From Spirochaetia bacterium (lineage in GTDB: Bacteria; Spirochaetota; Spirochaetia; SZUA-6; Bin103), in contig OZ241863.1 of NCBI GenBank assembly GCA_965203055.1, forward strand, positions 4,288,001 through 4,352,000: 64,000 bases of DNA, given 5' to 3'. The translations under genes were made by a program, and so were the position numbers. A model generated the notes under the pieces. That model had not been told where the DNA came from. It was given only the letters and a program-made list of their open reading frames with translations, and did not search any database. Below, one piece after another: positions 48,488 through 58,138 of this stretch. Positions within the stretch are counted from its first letter, which is position 1, and each line of letters starts with the position of its first letter.

Positions 48488-51400
48488 GTGCGCCCGCTGG
48501 AGGTGACCATCGAAGGGCTGCGCTCGTTCCGCACCGCGGTGACCCTGGACCTGCGCGGCCGCGATCAGATCGCGATCGTGGGCGACACGGGCGCGGGGAA
48601 GTCTTCGATCATCGAGGCGATTACCTACGCGCTGTACGGGCAGGCGACGTTCACCGGGCAGAACCGGGAGCTGATGAACGACTCCGCGACTACCCTGCGC
48701 GTGGCGCTGCGGTTCCGGGCGGCGGACGCGGAGTGGGAAGTAGTGCGCACGTTGCGCCGCCGGAGCGGCGGGGCGGTCGGCGCCCAAAGCGCCCGGCTGG
48801 TGCGCTTCGACGCCGCCGGTGAAGCGCTGGAAATCGTGGAGCAGGCGCGGCCGGTCAAAGACCGGGTCGAGTCGCTGCTCGGCCTCAACCGCGATGCGTT
48901 CTTGCGCACCACGGTACTGCCGCAGGGCCGCTTCGCGCAGCTCCTGGTAGAGGATGATCCGCGGCTGCGCGCCGCCATTCTGCGGCAGGTGTGGCGCACC
49001 GACGAACTGGAAGCCGCCGGCAAGGCGGCGGTGGACGCGCACCGCGAGAGCGCCGAGGTGCGGGCGCGTCTGGACCAGGCGGCCAAGGGCTACCCGGACG
49101 ACCCGGCGGCGCATCTCGCGGAGCTTCAGGAGCAGGCGCAACGGGCCGACCGCGCCGCATCCGCCGCTGACGTCACCGAACGGCAAACCACCGCGGCCTA
49201 TGAGGCACTGCAGGCGGCCGCGGCCGAGCAGGTTCGGGTACGCGCCGCAGCCCGGCGGCTGGCCGCCTTCGACGCGGCCGCCATGACGGCGCAGTTGGCG
49301 CCGCTGGCGGCGGCAGGGCAGGAGCTCGACGCCCGGGAGGCGGCGCGGCGCCGGCGCCAGGACGAGGTCACGCAGCAGCTCGCGGAAGTTCCCGGCGACG
49401 ACGACGGCCCGGCGGTAGCGCAGGTAGTCGCGGCGCTGACCACCCTGGCGGACCTGCCGCGGCTTGCCGCCGAGGTCACCGCCGCAGCGGAGGAGCTGCG
49501 GGGGCGCAGTGTGGAAAGCGTTGAAAGCCGCGCTGCGGCGGCGCGGAGCACTGCCGCGGCGAAGGGCGCCCGCGCTGCGGCGCGCGCCCACGACGCCTTG
49601 CGGCCGCCCCTGGAGCAGGCGCGGCAGGCAGCCCAGCGCCGCCGCGCCCGGCTGGCCGAGCTGCATGCCGCCGCCGCGGAGACGGCGCAAGCGGCGGAAG
49701 CGGCCGCTGAAGAGCTGGCGCAGTGCGAACAGGCGCGGCAGGAGGTGACCGGCCAGTTGCAGGCAGCCGAGGCCGAGGCGGCGCAACGGTCGCAGGCCGC
49801 AAATCGCGCCCAGGAGCATCTTGCGGCAGCCCGGCGTTCGGACTCGGCCGCAGTGATTGCCGGCGCCCTTCATCCGGGAGACGAGTGCCCGATCTGCCGC
49901 ACTGCGCTGGCGCCGGATTGGCAGGCGCCGGCCGCCGGCGACCTGGAGGCCGCCGAACGAGCCGCCGAGGCCGCCGTCGCGGCCGTGGCTGGGGCGCGGG
50001 ACGCGGCAGTTGCGCTTGCCACCCGCCGCGATGTGGCGGGCGACGCGCTCGGCCAGGCGGAAGAGCGCGCCCACCGCGCCGGCGCCGATGCGGCCGCGGC
50101 CCGCGTCGAGCTGGCGCAGGCCGCCGCGGCCCTGGATGCGGATTCGGCGGCGCCGGTCGCTGCCGCCCCGGCCGCGCCCCTGCCCGCCGCCGAGGCGCTG
50201 CTGGCGCCGCTGGAAGCCGCGGTGGCGGCCGCGGATTGGGCGTTGGCGCAGCACGCGGAACGGCGCGACTCCCTGGCGCAGACCGCGGCAGCTGAGGAGC
50301 AGGCCGCGGCCGTCGCCGGCCAGACCGCGGCCAACGCCGAACAACTGCGCGGCATGGCCGAGCAGGCCGCGGCCGCGGCGCTGGCGCGGCTGCGGCGCGC
50401 CTTGGCAGCGATCCCGGAACCCTACCGCCCGCCGTTACGGCTCCCCGCCGCGGCGCTTGAGTTCCGCGCGCCGGCGGAGGGTCCAATCGAGGAGCGAGTC
50501 GCGGCCGCCCGGCAGCGTCAAGACGTGCTCGCCGAGCGCGGGCAGATCCGCGAACGGCTGGTCGCCACGAATCGCGAACTGGCGGCCGAGCAGAAGGCAT
50601 TGGCCAAGCGGCGCGCGGCGGAGGTCGAGGCGCCGCTCGCGGCCATGGTGCGTAGCCTCAGCGCGCACCGCGACCTGCTGGCGCGCGGCGCCGTCGAGCT
50701 GGACCAGGAGCAGGATTTGCCCGATCTGCATGCCGTTGCCGACCCGCAAGCGTTGGCGAGGTGGATCGACCAACTCGCCGCCGGCACTCGCCGTCTGGCG
50801 CGCCGCGCCGCCGCATCGGCCGAGCGCGCCGACGCGGAACAGGAGCGCGCCGCGGCAACCCTCGCGCAGCTATCCCGGCGTCTCGCCGCGGGCGGGGAAG
50901 ACCTCCCGGAAGAGTTCCCCGCCATCGTCCGGCGGGCGCAGGAAGCGGCCGAGAGCGCTCGGTTTGACGCGCGTTCGGCGCAGGAGCAGGCCGCGGCGTT
51001 TGCCGCCAAGGCGGACCACGTGGCGGCGCTGCGCAAGTTGCTCGGCGAGGTCGAGGAGCGGGAGCGGGCGCTCTCCGACCTCGCTTCCGCGCTCAAGGAA
51101 GGCGCGTTCCTGAAGTGGCTGACGTTGCGCCGTTCGCGCAGCCTGCTGGTGCACGCCTCGCGCACCCTGGAGCAGATCAGCAATGGGCGGTTCGCGTTCG
51201 TGGAGCCCGCCGGCGAGCTGGACCGCTGGCAGGTGCTCGACCGCGACTCGGGGCAACCGCGCTCGCCGGCCAGCCTGTCCGGCGGCGAGCAGTTCATTGC
51301 CTCGCTGGCGCTGGCCCTGGGCATGGTGGAGATGATGGCGCGCAGCGGCGGCCGGCTGGAGTCGTTGTTCCTCGACGAAGGCTTCGGCTCCCTCGACCGC

Positions 51401-51625
51401 AGCAACCTGGACGCCGCTATCGAGGCGCTGGGGATGGTGGCCGCCGGGGGGCGGATGGTGGTGCTGATCTCGCATGTGCAGGCGGTGGCCGAGCAGGTGC
51501 CCAACGTGGCGGCGGTCACCCGTACCGCGGCCGGCAGCCGCATCGAGTGGCTGTCCGCGGCCCAACGCGGCCGGCTGGGCGAAGCCGACGCCGGCGCCGC
51601 CGCGCTGAGCGGACTCCTGGAATGA
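48488..51625 (+). CDS. sbcC: SbcC/Rad50 SMC-like ATPase
   Basis: GDTGAGKSS, LPQGRFAQLL, coiled coil with CPIC zinc hook, SLSGGE, FLDEGFGSLD, ISHV. Confidence 0.93.
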   Translation: MRPLEVTIEGLRSFRTAVTLDLRGRDQIAIVGDTGAGKSSIIEAITYALYGQATFTGQNRELMNDSATTLRVALRFRAADAEWEVVRTLRRRSGGAVGAQSARLVRFDAAGEALEIVEQARPVKDRVESLLGLNRDAFLRTTVLPQGRFAQLLVEDDPRLRAAILRQVWRTDELEAAGKAAVDAHRESAEVRARLDQAAKGYPDDPAAHLAELQEQAQRADRAASAADVTERQTTAAYEALQAAAAEQVRVRAAARRLAAFDAAAMTAQLAPLAAAGQELDAREAARRRRQDEVTQQLAEVPGDDDGPAVAQVVAALTTLADLPRLAAEVTAAAEELRGRSVESVESRAAAARSTAAAKGARAAARAHDALRPPLEQARQAAQRRRARLAELHAAAAETAQAAEAAAEELAQCEQARQEVTGQLQAAEAEAAQRSQAANRAQEHLAAARRSDSAAVIAGALHPGDECPICRTALAPDWQAPAAGDLEAAERAAEAAVAAVAGARDAAVALATRRDVAGDALGQAEERAHRAGADAAAARVELAQAAAALDADSAAPVAAAPAAPLPAAEALLAPLEAAVAAADWALAQHAERRDSLAQTAAAEEQAAAVAGQTAANAEQLRGMAEQAAAAALARLRRALAAIPEPYRPPLRLPAAALEFRAPAEGPIEERVAAARQRQDVLAERGQIRERLVATNRELAAEQKALAKRRAAEVEAPLAAMVRSLSAHRDLLARGAVELDQEQDLPDLHAVADPQALARWIDQLAAGTRRLARRAAASAERADAEQERAAATLAQLSRRLAAGGEDLPEEFPAIVRRAQEAAESARFDARSAQEQAAAFAAKADHVAALRKLLGEVEERERALSDLASALKEGAFLKWLTLRRSRSLLVHASRTLEQISNGRFAFVEPAGELDRWQVLDRDSGQPRSPASLSGGEQFIASLALALGMVEMMARSGGRLESLFLDEGFGSLDRSNLDAAIEALGMVAAGGRMVVLISHVQAVAEQVPNVAAVTRTAAGSRIEWLSAAQRGRLGEADAGAAALSGLLE

Positions 51626-54600
51626 CGCCCCGCCGCACCCCGCGCCGCCGGCGCGCCGCGGCGGCACCCGATCCGGCGCTGCCGGGGCAGGCGCTGGCGA
51701 CGCTCCAGGAGCAACTCCTCGACATCAGCAACCGTAACCGCCTGATCAACACTCCGGTAGACAGCCAGCGCGCCAAGCAGATCAAGTTCGTCGACGAGGA
51801 TGCCGACGAGCTGTTTTCGGATCTCTATCGGAACCGCCGCAGGATGTCGTTCAAGCCGGCGGCCGAGGACGCTGACGGCGCTGCTCCAGGTCGCCGTGAT
51901 TTCAGGCTGCGGACCGCCCTTGGCCGGGAGCAGCTTGATAAACGCCTGCTGAGCCTGTACCGCGATGCCCGCTTGATGGAGGAGGAACAGGGCGTAAGCG
52001 TGTTGTTCCTGGGCCTCGGCTTTCTGCGTTGGGTCGAGGCCGCGGCCGAGCGGTACGCGCCGCTCATCCTGCTGCCGGTCGACCTCTCGCGTAGCAGTGC
52101 CGGTGTGCGCTTTACCCTGGAGTTGCGCGACCAGGACCTGGAGCCGAACTTGTCCCTGCGCGGGCGGCTCGAGAACGACTTTCAGATCACGCTCCCGGAC
52201 CTGCCGACGGACGATGATTGGCAGCCGTCCGATTACTTCGGTCGGGTGCAAAAAGCGGTGGCCGCGCAGCGCGAATGGAGAGTAAAGCCCGAAATCCTGA
52301 TCCTGGGCTTCTATTCGTTCGCGAAGTTCGTGATGTGGCGCGACGTGAACGCGATGAACGGCGGGTTGTTCGCCGCCAACCCCGGCCAGGAGCTGATCGG
52401 TAGATTGCTCGGCGACGGCTTCGATCCGGCCGCCGGCGATGAGCAGGTGGAAGAAAACCTCGACCGGCGCTTTCCCGACCCGCGCGAGCTCGGCCACGTA
52501 TTGGATGCGGACGCCAGCCAGACCGAGGTGATCGCCGCCGCCCGCGCCGGCCGCAACTTGGTGGTGCAGGGACCGCCCGGCACCGGCAAGTCGCAGACCA
52601 TCGCCAACATCATCGCGGTCGCCGCGCGCGACGAGAAGACGGTGCTGTTCGTGGCCGAAAAGCGGGCCGCGCTGGACGTGGTGCACGCCCGGCTGCTGGG
52701 GTGCGGACTCGGCTCGCTGTGCCTGGAGTTGCACTCCCGCAAGGCAAATCGCAAGGCGGTGCTGGCGGAGCTCAAACGAACGCTTGACGAAGGGCAGCCG
52801 CACCCGGTGAGCAGTAATGCGTACGACGAGGTTCGGCAGAACCGTGATGAGCTCAACGCGATTTCGGAGCGGCTGCATCGGGTCGATCCGACGACCGGCG
52901 ACACCCCCTTCGGCATCCTCGGAGAGATCGTCAAACTGCGCGGCGCGGGCTGCCCGCTGCCGGACGAGCACTTGCTGCCGGACGCCGACTCCTGGAGCCG
53001 CAAGCAATTTCTGGATCGCTGCGAACGGGTGCGCGGCTTGGCCGAGACCACCGCCAAATTCGGTCCCGAGCAGCAGCATCCGTGGCGCGGTGTCGGCCGG
53101 CGCCTCACGCCGATAGACCACGACCGACTCAGGTGTCGTCTGGAGCATGCTGCCGGCGCGCTGGAGAAGCTGTGCGCGGCCCTCGATGAGGCCGCGACGG
53201 CGACGGGTCAGCGAACCCGGCGCCGCGCCTGCGGCCGCCGCGGCGCGGACGAGGTGGAAAGGAGGCTTGCCGCCTTTGCGAAGATGCCGCCGGAAGTTCC
53301 CGATCTGTTGCAATCGGCTGCCTTCCGGGGGTGTTTCAGTCAGGCCGCCGAGCTCGCTGCGCAGGCCGCCAAGCTGAGCAGCGACTGCGACCAGTTGCTG
53401 AAACGCGTTTACCCCGAAGCGCTCGACCACGACTGGGCTGCGGCGCAAGCCGCCTTGGCCGACCACGGGAGATCCCTGTTGCGCTGGTTCAACCGCGCCT
53501 ACCGGAACGCCGTCGACGAGCTGCGGTCCGCCCACCGCCGCGACAAGCTGCCGCGCGCCCACCGCGATCGCTTGGCCCGGGTCGATGAGCTGCTGGGAGT
53601 TCAGCACCTGCGGCGTGAATTGCAGCAGCAGAACGGGTTCGGAAGCGACGCTTTCGGCCGCCACTGGGGCGGCGAGCACAGCGACGGCCGAACGCTGGCC
53701 GCCGCGACCGACTGGATAAAGGCGCATGCGGTCGCTTCGGGGCTGCGGCGCAGGCCGCCGACGCGTCGGGACATCGAAGCCTTGCAGCAGCGGGTCGAGC
53801 AGATCCCGACACTGCGCAGCCTGCGGTCGCGTCTGCAGTGGCGGGATGAGGAGTGGACGGATGCTTGGCACGAGGTGGCCCGGACCCTCGAGTTGTCAGT
53901 GAGCGACGCCTTTGGCCACCGGAAAATCGCAGCGGTGCGGCTGGCAACGGTGCGCGCGCGGCTGGCGAAGTGGCTCAATGGGCAGGAGACGCTGGCTGAC
54001 TGGAGCCTGCTGGCCGCGGCCGCGAAGGCGTGTTCCGAGCTCGGTCTCGACGGACTGCGCGCGCGGCTCGGTGACGGCCGCCTTGGGCCGGCGGATGCGG
54101 TGAGTGTGTTCCGGTACGCGCGCGCCGAGGCGGTATGGCGCCGGCTGGCCGCGGAAGCCCCGCTGCTGGCGGCGCTCGACGGCGCCAAGCGCACCGCCAA
54201 CGTCGAGGTGTTTCGCCGCGCAGAGGAGCAGATCCGCCACTTGGCCGCCCAAGAGGTGGCGCGGGTGCACCACAAAGCGCTGCCGAAAGGACCCGCAGGG
54301 CAAATCGGTATCGTCAGGGGCGAGATACGCAGACAACGCCGTCACTTGGCGCTGCGCAAGCTGCTCGACCTAGCCGGCGAGGCGGTCATCAGGATCAAGC
54401 CGATCTTCCTGATGAGTCCGCTCTCGGTGGCTCAGTTTCTCCGCCCAGGCGGCCTGACCTTCGACATCCTGGTGATCGATGAGGCCAGTCAGGTGCGCCC
54501 GGCCGATGCGCTGGGCGCCATTGCGCGCGCGCGGCAGATCATCGTGGTCGGCGACGACAAACAGCTTCCGCCTACCTCGTTTTTCGACCGTCAGTTGGAG

Positions 54601-56349
54601 GGATTCGACCGTCAGGAGGGAGTGGACGATGATGAGCAAGAGATCCAGGCGGCGCAGGTGAAGGACATGGAGAGCATTCTCACATTGTGCGAGGCCCGCT
54701 CGGTGCCGGCCGCCCCCCTGCGCTGGCACTACCGTTCGCACCATCCTTCGTTGATCAAGGTCTCCAATGACGCGTTCTACGGCAACCTGATCTACCCGCC
54801 GAGCCCCGACCCTGCGGGTGAAAGGGGTCTCACGTTCACCAAGGTGGAAGGCGGCGTGTACGACCGCGGACGCACGCGGAGCAATCCGCGCGAGGCGCAG
54901 AAGGTGGCGCGCGCCGTCCTATGTCATGCGCGGTCCCGGCCACGCGAGACGTTGGGAGTGGCAACCTTCTCGGTGCCGCAGCGCGATGCGATCCTCAACG
55001 AGCTGGAGCCGATGCGGGCGAAGTACCCGGAACTGGAGACGTTCTGTCGCGAGGAGGGCGCCGCCGATGGGCATGAGCCGTTCTTCGTCAAGAATCTGGA
55101 GAACGTCCAGGGCGACGAACGCGATGTGATCTTCATCTCGGTCGGCTACGGGCGCAATGCGCGGGGCAGTCTGGCGCAGGACTTCGGTCCGGTCTCGCAA
55201 GCCGGCGGCGAACGGCGGCTCAACGTCCTGTTTACGCGCGCGCGGCGGCACTGCCGGGTGTTTGCGTCGATCACATACCGCGACATCGGACGTTCCAAGA
55301 GAGGTTCCAGTAGGGGCCCGTGGGTGCTCAAGCGGTTCCTCAAGTTCGCCGAGACCGACGAAATGACGCTGCGGGAGACGGCCAGACTGGAGCCGGACAG
55401 CCCCTTCGAGGAGGCAGTGGCGGAAGCCCTGCGGCAGGCCGGTCACACGGTCGATCCGCAGGTTGGCACGGCCGACTTCCGCATCGACTTGGCGGTGCGC
55501 GATCCGGCGGCGCCGGGACGCTACCTGCTCGGCGTCGAGTGCGACGGCGCCCGCTACCACTCGTCACGCTGGGCGCGCGAGCGGGACCGGCTGCGACAGA
55601 GCGTGTTGGAGCAGAAGGGATGGACCATGCACCGCATCTGGAGCACCGACTGGTTCCAGCGCCCGGACGCGGAACTGCAGCGGCTGCTGCAGGCCGTGGC
55701 CGCGGCGCAGGAGAGGCGCGAGGTTAGACCGCGGCAGGAGCGCAGCGCGGCTGACCGACAGATCGTTATCGATCGCGACCCGCCGGTCACGAATAATGAA
55801 TCTCTGCCTCCGGCGGTCCCCTACCGGGAGGCCGATTTCGAAATCACCGAGCGTGAGGAGTATCACCTGCGTGATGCGCCGCTGGAGTTGGTCGCCGACT
55901 ACGTGGTGAAGGTGGTGCGCTGTGAAGCGCCGGTGCACGTCGACGAGGTGGCGCGCCGGCTCCGCCGGCTCTGGGGACACGCCAGCACCGGCCTGCGGAT
56001 CCAGGAGCGGGTGCGTGACGCCGTGGGTTATGCCGTGGAGCAAGGTTGGATCGCGTGCGACGGCAGCTTCCTGCGCGGCGCGCGCCGCGCTCGCCAGAAG
56101 CCGGTGGTTCGTGACCGCAGCGCGGTGCAGTCGCGGACCTTGCGCAAACCCGCGCTACTGCCGCCGGTGGAAGTGGAGTGGGCGATCCAGCAGGTGGTCG
56201 AGCAGAACGTGGCGCTGTCGGCCGAGGAATGCGCGGTGCAGGTGGCGCGACGGTTCGGCTTCCGGTCGACCAGCGCGGAACTGCGCCGCGTGGTGGACGC
56301 CGCCGTCGACCGCCTCGTGGCGCAGGGGAGTCTGAAGTTCACTGACTGA
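51622..56349 (+). CDS. DUF4011 - SF1 (UPF1/DNA2-like) helicase - Vsr/REase-like nuclease - DUF3320 fusion (Hhe-like)
   Basis: LLDISNRNRLIN, EEEQGVSVLFLGLGFLRW, QGPPGTGKSQTIAN, VIDEASQ, VGDDKQLPPTSFF, LENVQGDERD, RRLNVLFTRAR, FRIDLAV...GVECDGARYHSSRWARERDRLRQ...RIWSTDW; ATGA overlap with sbcC. Confidence 0.88.
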   Translation: MTPRRTPRRRRAAAAPDPALPGQALATLQEQLLDISNRNRLINTPVDSQRAKQIKFVDEDADELFSDLYRNRRRMSFKPAAEDADGAAPGRRDFRLRTALGREQLDKRLLSLYRDARLMEEEQGVSVLFLGLGFLRWVEAAAERYAPLILLPVDLSRSSAGVRFTLELRDQDLEPNLSLRGRLENDFQITLPDLPTDDDWQPSDYFGRVQKAVAAQREWRVKPEILILGFYSFAKFVMWRDVNAMNGGLFAANPGQELIGRLLGDGFDPAAGDEQVEENLDRRFPDPRELGHVLDADASQTEVIAAARAGRNLVVQGPPGTGKSQTIANIIAVAARDEKTVLFVAEKRAALDVVHARLLGCGLGSLCLELHSRKANRKAVLAELKRTLDEGQPHPVSSNAYDEVRQNRDELNAISERLHRVDPTTGDTPFGILGEIVKLRGAGCPLPDEHLLPDADSWSRKQFLDRCERVRGLAETTAKFGPEQQHPWRGVGRRLTPIDHDRLRCRLEHAAGALEKLCAALDEAATATGQRTRRRACGRRGADEVERRLAAFAKMPPEVPDLLQSAAFRGCFSQAAELAAQAAKLSSDCDQLLKRVYPEALDHDWAAAQAALADHGRSLLRWFNRAYRNAVDELRSAHRRDKLPRAHRDRLARVDELLGVQHLRRELQQQNGFGSDAFGRHWGGEHSDGRTLAAATDWIKAHAVASGLRRRPPTRRDIEALQQRVEQIPTLRSLRSRLQWRDEEWTDAWHEVARTLELSVSDAFGHRKIAAVRLATVRARLAKWLNGQETLADWSLLAAAAKACSELGLDGLRARLGDGRLGPADAVSVFRYARAEAVWRRLAAEAPLLAALDGAKRTANVEVFRRAEEQIRHLAAQEVARVHHKALPKGPAGQIGIVRGEIRRQRRHLALRKLLDLAGEAVIRIKPIFLMSPLSVAQFLRPGGLTFDILVIDEASQVRPADALGAIARARQIIVVGDDKQLPPTSFFDRQLEGFDRQEGVDDDEQEIQAAQVKDMESILTLCEARSVPAAPLRWHYRSHHPSLIKVSNDAFYGNLIYPPSPDPAGERGLTFTKVEGGVYDRGRTRSNPREAQKVARAVLCHARSRPRETLGVATFSVPQRDAILNELEPMRAKYPELETFCREEGAADGHEPFFVKNLENVQGDERDVIFISVGYGRNARGSLAQDFGPVSQAGGERRLNVLFTRARRHCRVFASITYRDIGRSKRGSSRGPWVLKRFLKFAETDEMTLRETARLEPDSPFEEAVAEALRQAGHTVDPQVGTADFRIDLAVRDPAAPGRYLLGVECDGARYHSSRWARERDRLRQSVLEQKGWTMHRIWSTDWFQRPDAELQRLLQAVAAAQERREVRPRQERSAADRQIVIDRDPPVTNNESLPPAVPYREADFEITEREEYHLRDAPLELVADYVVKVVRCEAPVHVDEVARRLRRLWGHASTGLRIQERVRDAVGYAVEQGWIACDGSFLRGARRARQKPVVRDRSAVQSRTLRKPALLPPVEVEWAIQQVVEQNVALSAEECAVQVARRFGFRSTSAELRRVVDAAVDRLVAQGSLKFTD

Positions 56350-56350
56350 G

Positions 56351-57220
56351 CTACCCCTTGACGGCGCCGGCGGTGAGGCCGCGGATGATGCGTTCGTGGA
56401 GCAGGACGTAGACCAGGATCGAGGGGATGATCGCCAGGGTGATGGCGGCGAACATCGAGGTGTAGTCGGTGAAGAACTGGCTCACGAAGAAGCGGATGCC
56501 GAGCTGCAGGGTGCGCGCCGCTACCGAGCTGGTGAGCAGCAGGGCGTAGATGAACTCGTTCCAGGAGAACAGAAACACGAAGGTGCCGGCGGTCACCAAG
56601 CCCACCTGGGACAGCGGCACCATGACGCGCGCGTAGCGCCCGCCGAAGCCGCAGCCGTCGATCACGGCCGCCTCCTCCAGCTCGCGCGGCACCCCGCGCA
56701 TGAAGCCGTGCAGCAGGAACACCGACACCGGCACGTTGATGGCGGCGTAGGTCAGCGCCAGGCCGAACAGCGAATCGTACAGGCCGGTGACCGTGATCAG
56801 GCGGAAATAGGGCACCATCAGGGCGATTACCGGCACCAGCACCCCGGCCACGATCAGGTTCAGCACCAGCTCGCGGCCGCGGAACCACTCCCGCGCCAGG
56901 ACGAACGCCGCCATCGAGCAGAACGCCAGGTTCAGCGCCATGGAGAGCGACGCCACGATCAGCGAGTTCACGAACAGGCGCGGCAGCCCCGCCACCCGGA
57001 CGGCGTTCACGTAGTTGCCGAATTGCCACGCCGCAGGCAGCGAGAAGGCGCTGGTGAGCAGCTCCAGGTTGGTCTTGAAGGAGGAGATCACCAGCCACAG
57101 CAACGGCAGGAAGGTGATTGCCAGAAACAGCGCCAGCACGCCCCACTTGGCGGCGCGCGCCAGCCACTGCCGCGGGGTGACCGGTCCGCCGCCGGCGACC
57201 GCGGACGCCGCGCCGCGCAC
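56351..57220 (-). CDS. Carbohydrate ABC transporter permease
   Basis: VPRELEEAAVIDG, FSWNEFIYALL, IIRGLTAGAVKG. Confidence 0.93.
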   Translation of the reverse strand: MRGAASAVAGGGPVTPRQWLARAAKWGVLALFLAITFLPLLWLVISSFKTNLELLTSAFSLPAAWQFGNYVNAVRVAGLPRLFVNSLIVASLSMALNLAFCSMAAFVLAREWFRGRELVLNLIVAGVLVPVIALMVPYFRLITVTGLYDSLFGLALTYAAINVPVSVFLLHGFMRGVPRELEEAAVIDGCGFGGRYARVMVPLSQVGLVTAGTFVFLFSWNEFIYALLLTSSVAARTLQLGIRFFVSQFFTDYTSMFAAITLAIIPSILVYVLLHERIIRGLTAGAVKG

Positions 57221-58104
57221 TACTGGCGTTCCTCCGCGGCGGCGTCGTCACGCGCCAGCCGCCGCACCGTCACGATCAGCAACGTGCCGATGACGATCAG
57301 GGTCACGGCGACGGCATTGGCGCGCCCGTAGTTGAGCGCGGACACGGTCTTGTACAGCATGATGCCCAGCACCGAGGTTGAGTTGGCCGGTCCGCCGTTG
57401 GTCATGAGGAAAGTGGCCTCGAAGTGGCGCAGGCCGAACGCCATCGCCAGGGTCACCGCGGTAATCATGATCGGGCGGATGATGGGCAGGGTGATGTGGC
57501 GTTCCTGCTGCCACACGTTGGCGCCGTCGATCTCGGCCGCCTCGTAGAACGTCTCCGAGATAGACAGCGTGGCGGCCAGGATGATGATCATGAAGTAGCC
57601 GATGTAGAGCAGTTGTTGCAGGATGATGGCCGGCAGCGCGGAGTCGATCTCGCCCAGCCAGTTGCGCGCGTACGCGCCCCACCCCACCAGCTCGAGCGCC
57701 GCGTTGAGGATGCCGTATTCGGCGTTGTAGATCGCCAGCCACATCATCGCCAACGCCACCTGCGAGATGACGTTGGGCAGGAAGTAGATGGTGCGCAGCA
57801 GCCGCCAGCCGGCCGGGCGGCGCGCCAGGATCAGCGCTACCAGGACCGCCAAACCGATCTGCCCCAGGCCCAGGGAGAGCGCCCAGATCAGGTTGTTGCG
57901 CACCGACAGCCGGAACACGGAGCGCTGCAGCAACTCCAGGTAGTTCTCCAGGCCGACGAACCGCATCGCCGTCACGCCGTTCCAGTCCACCAGGCTGACC
58001 GTGAACACGTAGCCCAGGGGGTAGAGGAAGAACAGCGCGTAGAGCACGGCCACCGGGGTCAGGAACAGGATGATCCCGCCCCAGTGGCTGCGATTGCCGC
58101 CCAT
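57220..58104 (-). CDS. Carbohydrate ABC transporter permease
   Basis: FVGLENY, FYEAAEIDGAN, MTNGGPANSTSVL. Confidence 0.93.
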   Translation of the reverse strand: MGGNRSHWGGIILFLTPVAVLYALFFLYPLGYVFTVSLVDWNGVTAMRFVGLENYLELLQRSVFRLSVRNNLIWALSLGLGQIGLAVLVALILARRPAGWRLLRTIYFLPNVISQVALAMMWLAIYNAEYGILNAALELVGWGAYARNWLGEIDSALPAIILQQLLYIGYFMIIILAATLSISETFYEAAEIDGANVWQQERHITLPIIRPIMITAVTLAMAFGLRHFEATFLMTNGGPANSTSVLGIMLYKTVSALNYGRANAVAVTLIVIGTLLIVTVRRLARDDAAAEERQ

Positions 58105-58138
58105 GGATCAGCGGCAGGTCAACTGCGCATTGGTTCGC

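Noticed and set aside
44368..51625. Wadjet, Lamassu, Sir2-HerA or DUF4297-HerA assignment
   Set aside because: The SMC-like protein has a Rad50 zinc hook and an Mre11 partner; HerA is paired with NurA; no kleisin/KITE, Sir2 or DUF4297 genes are present.
50518..53871. 1117-aa minus-strand ORF
   Set aside because: Shadow of sbcC and the DUF4011 helicase.
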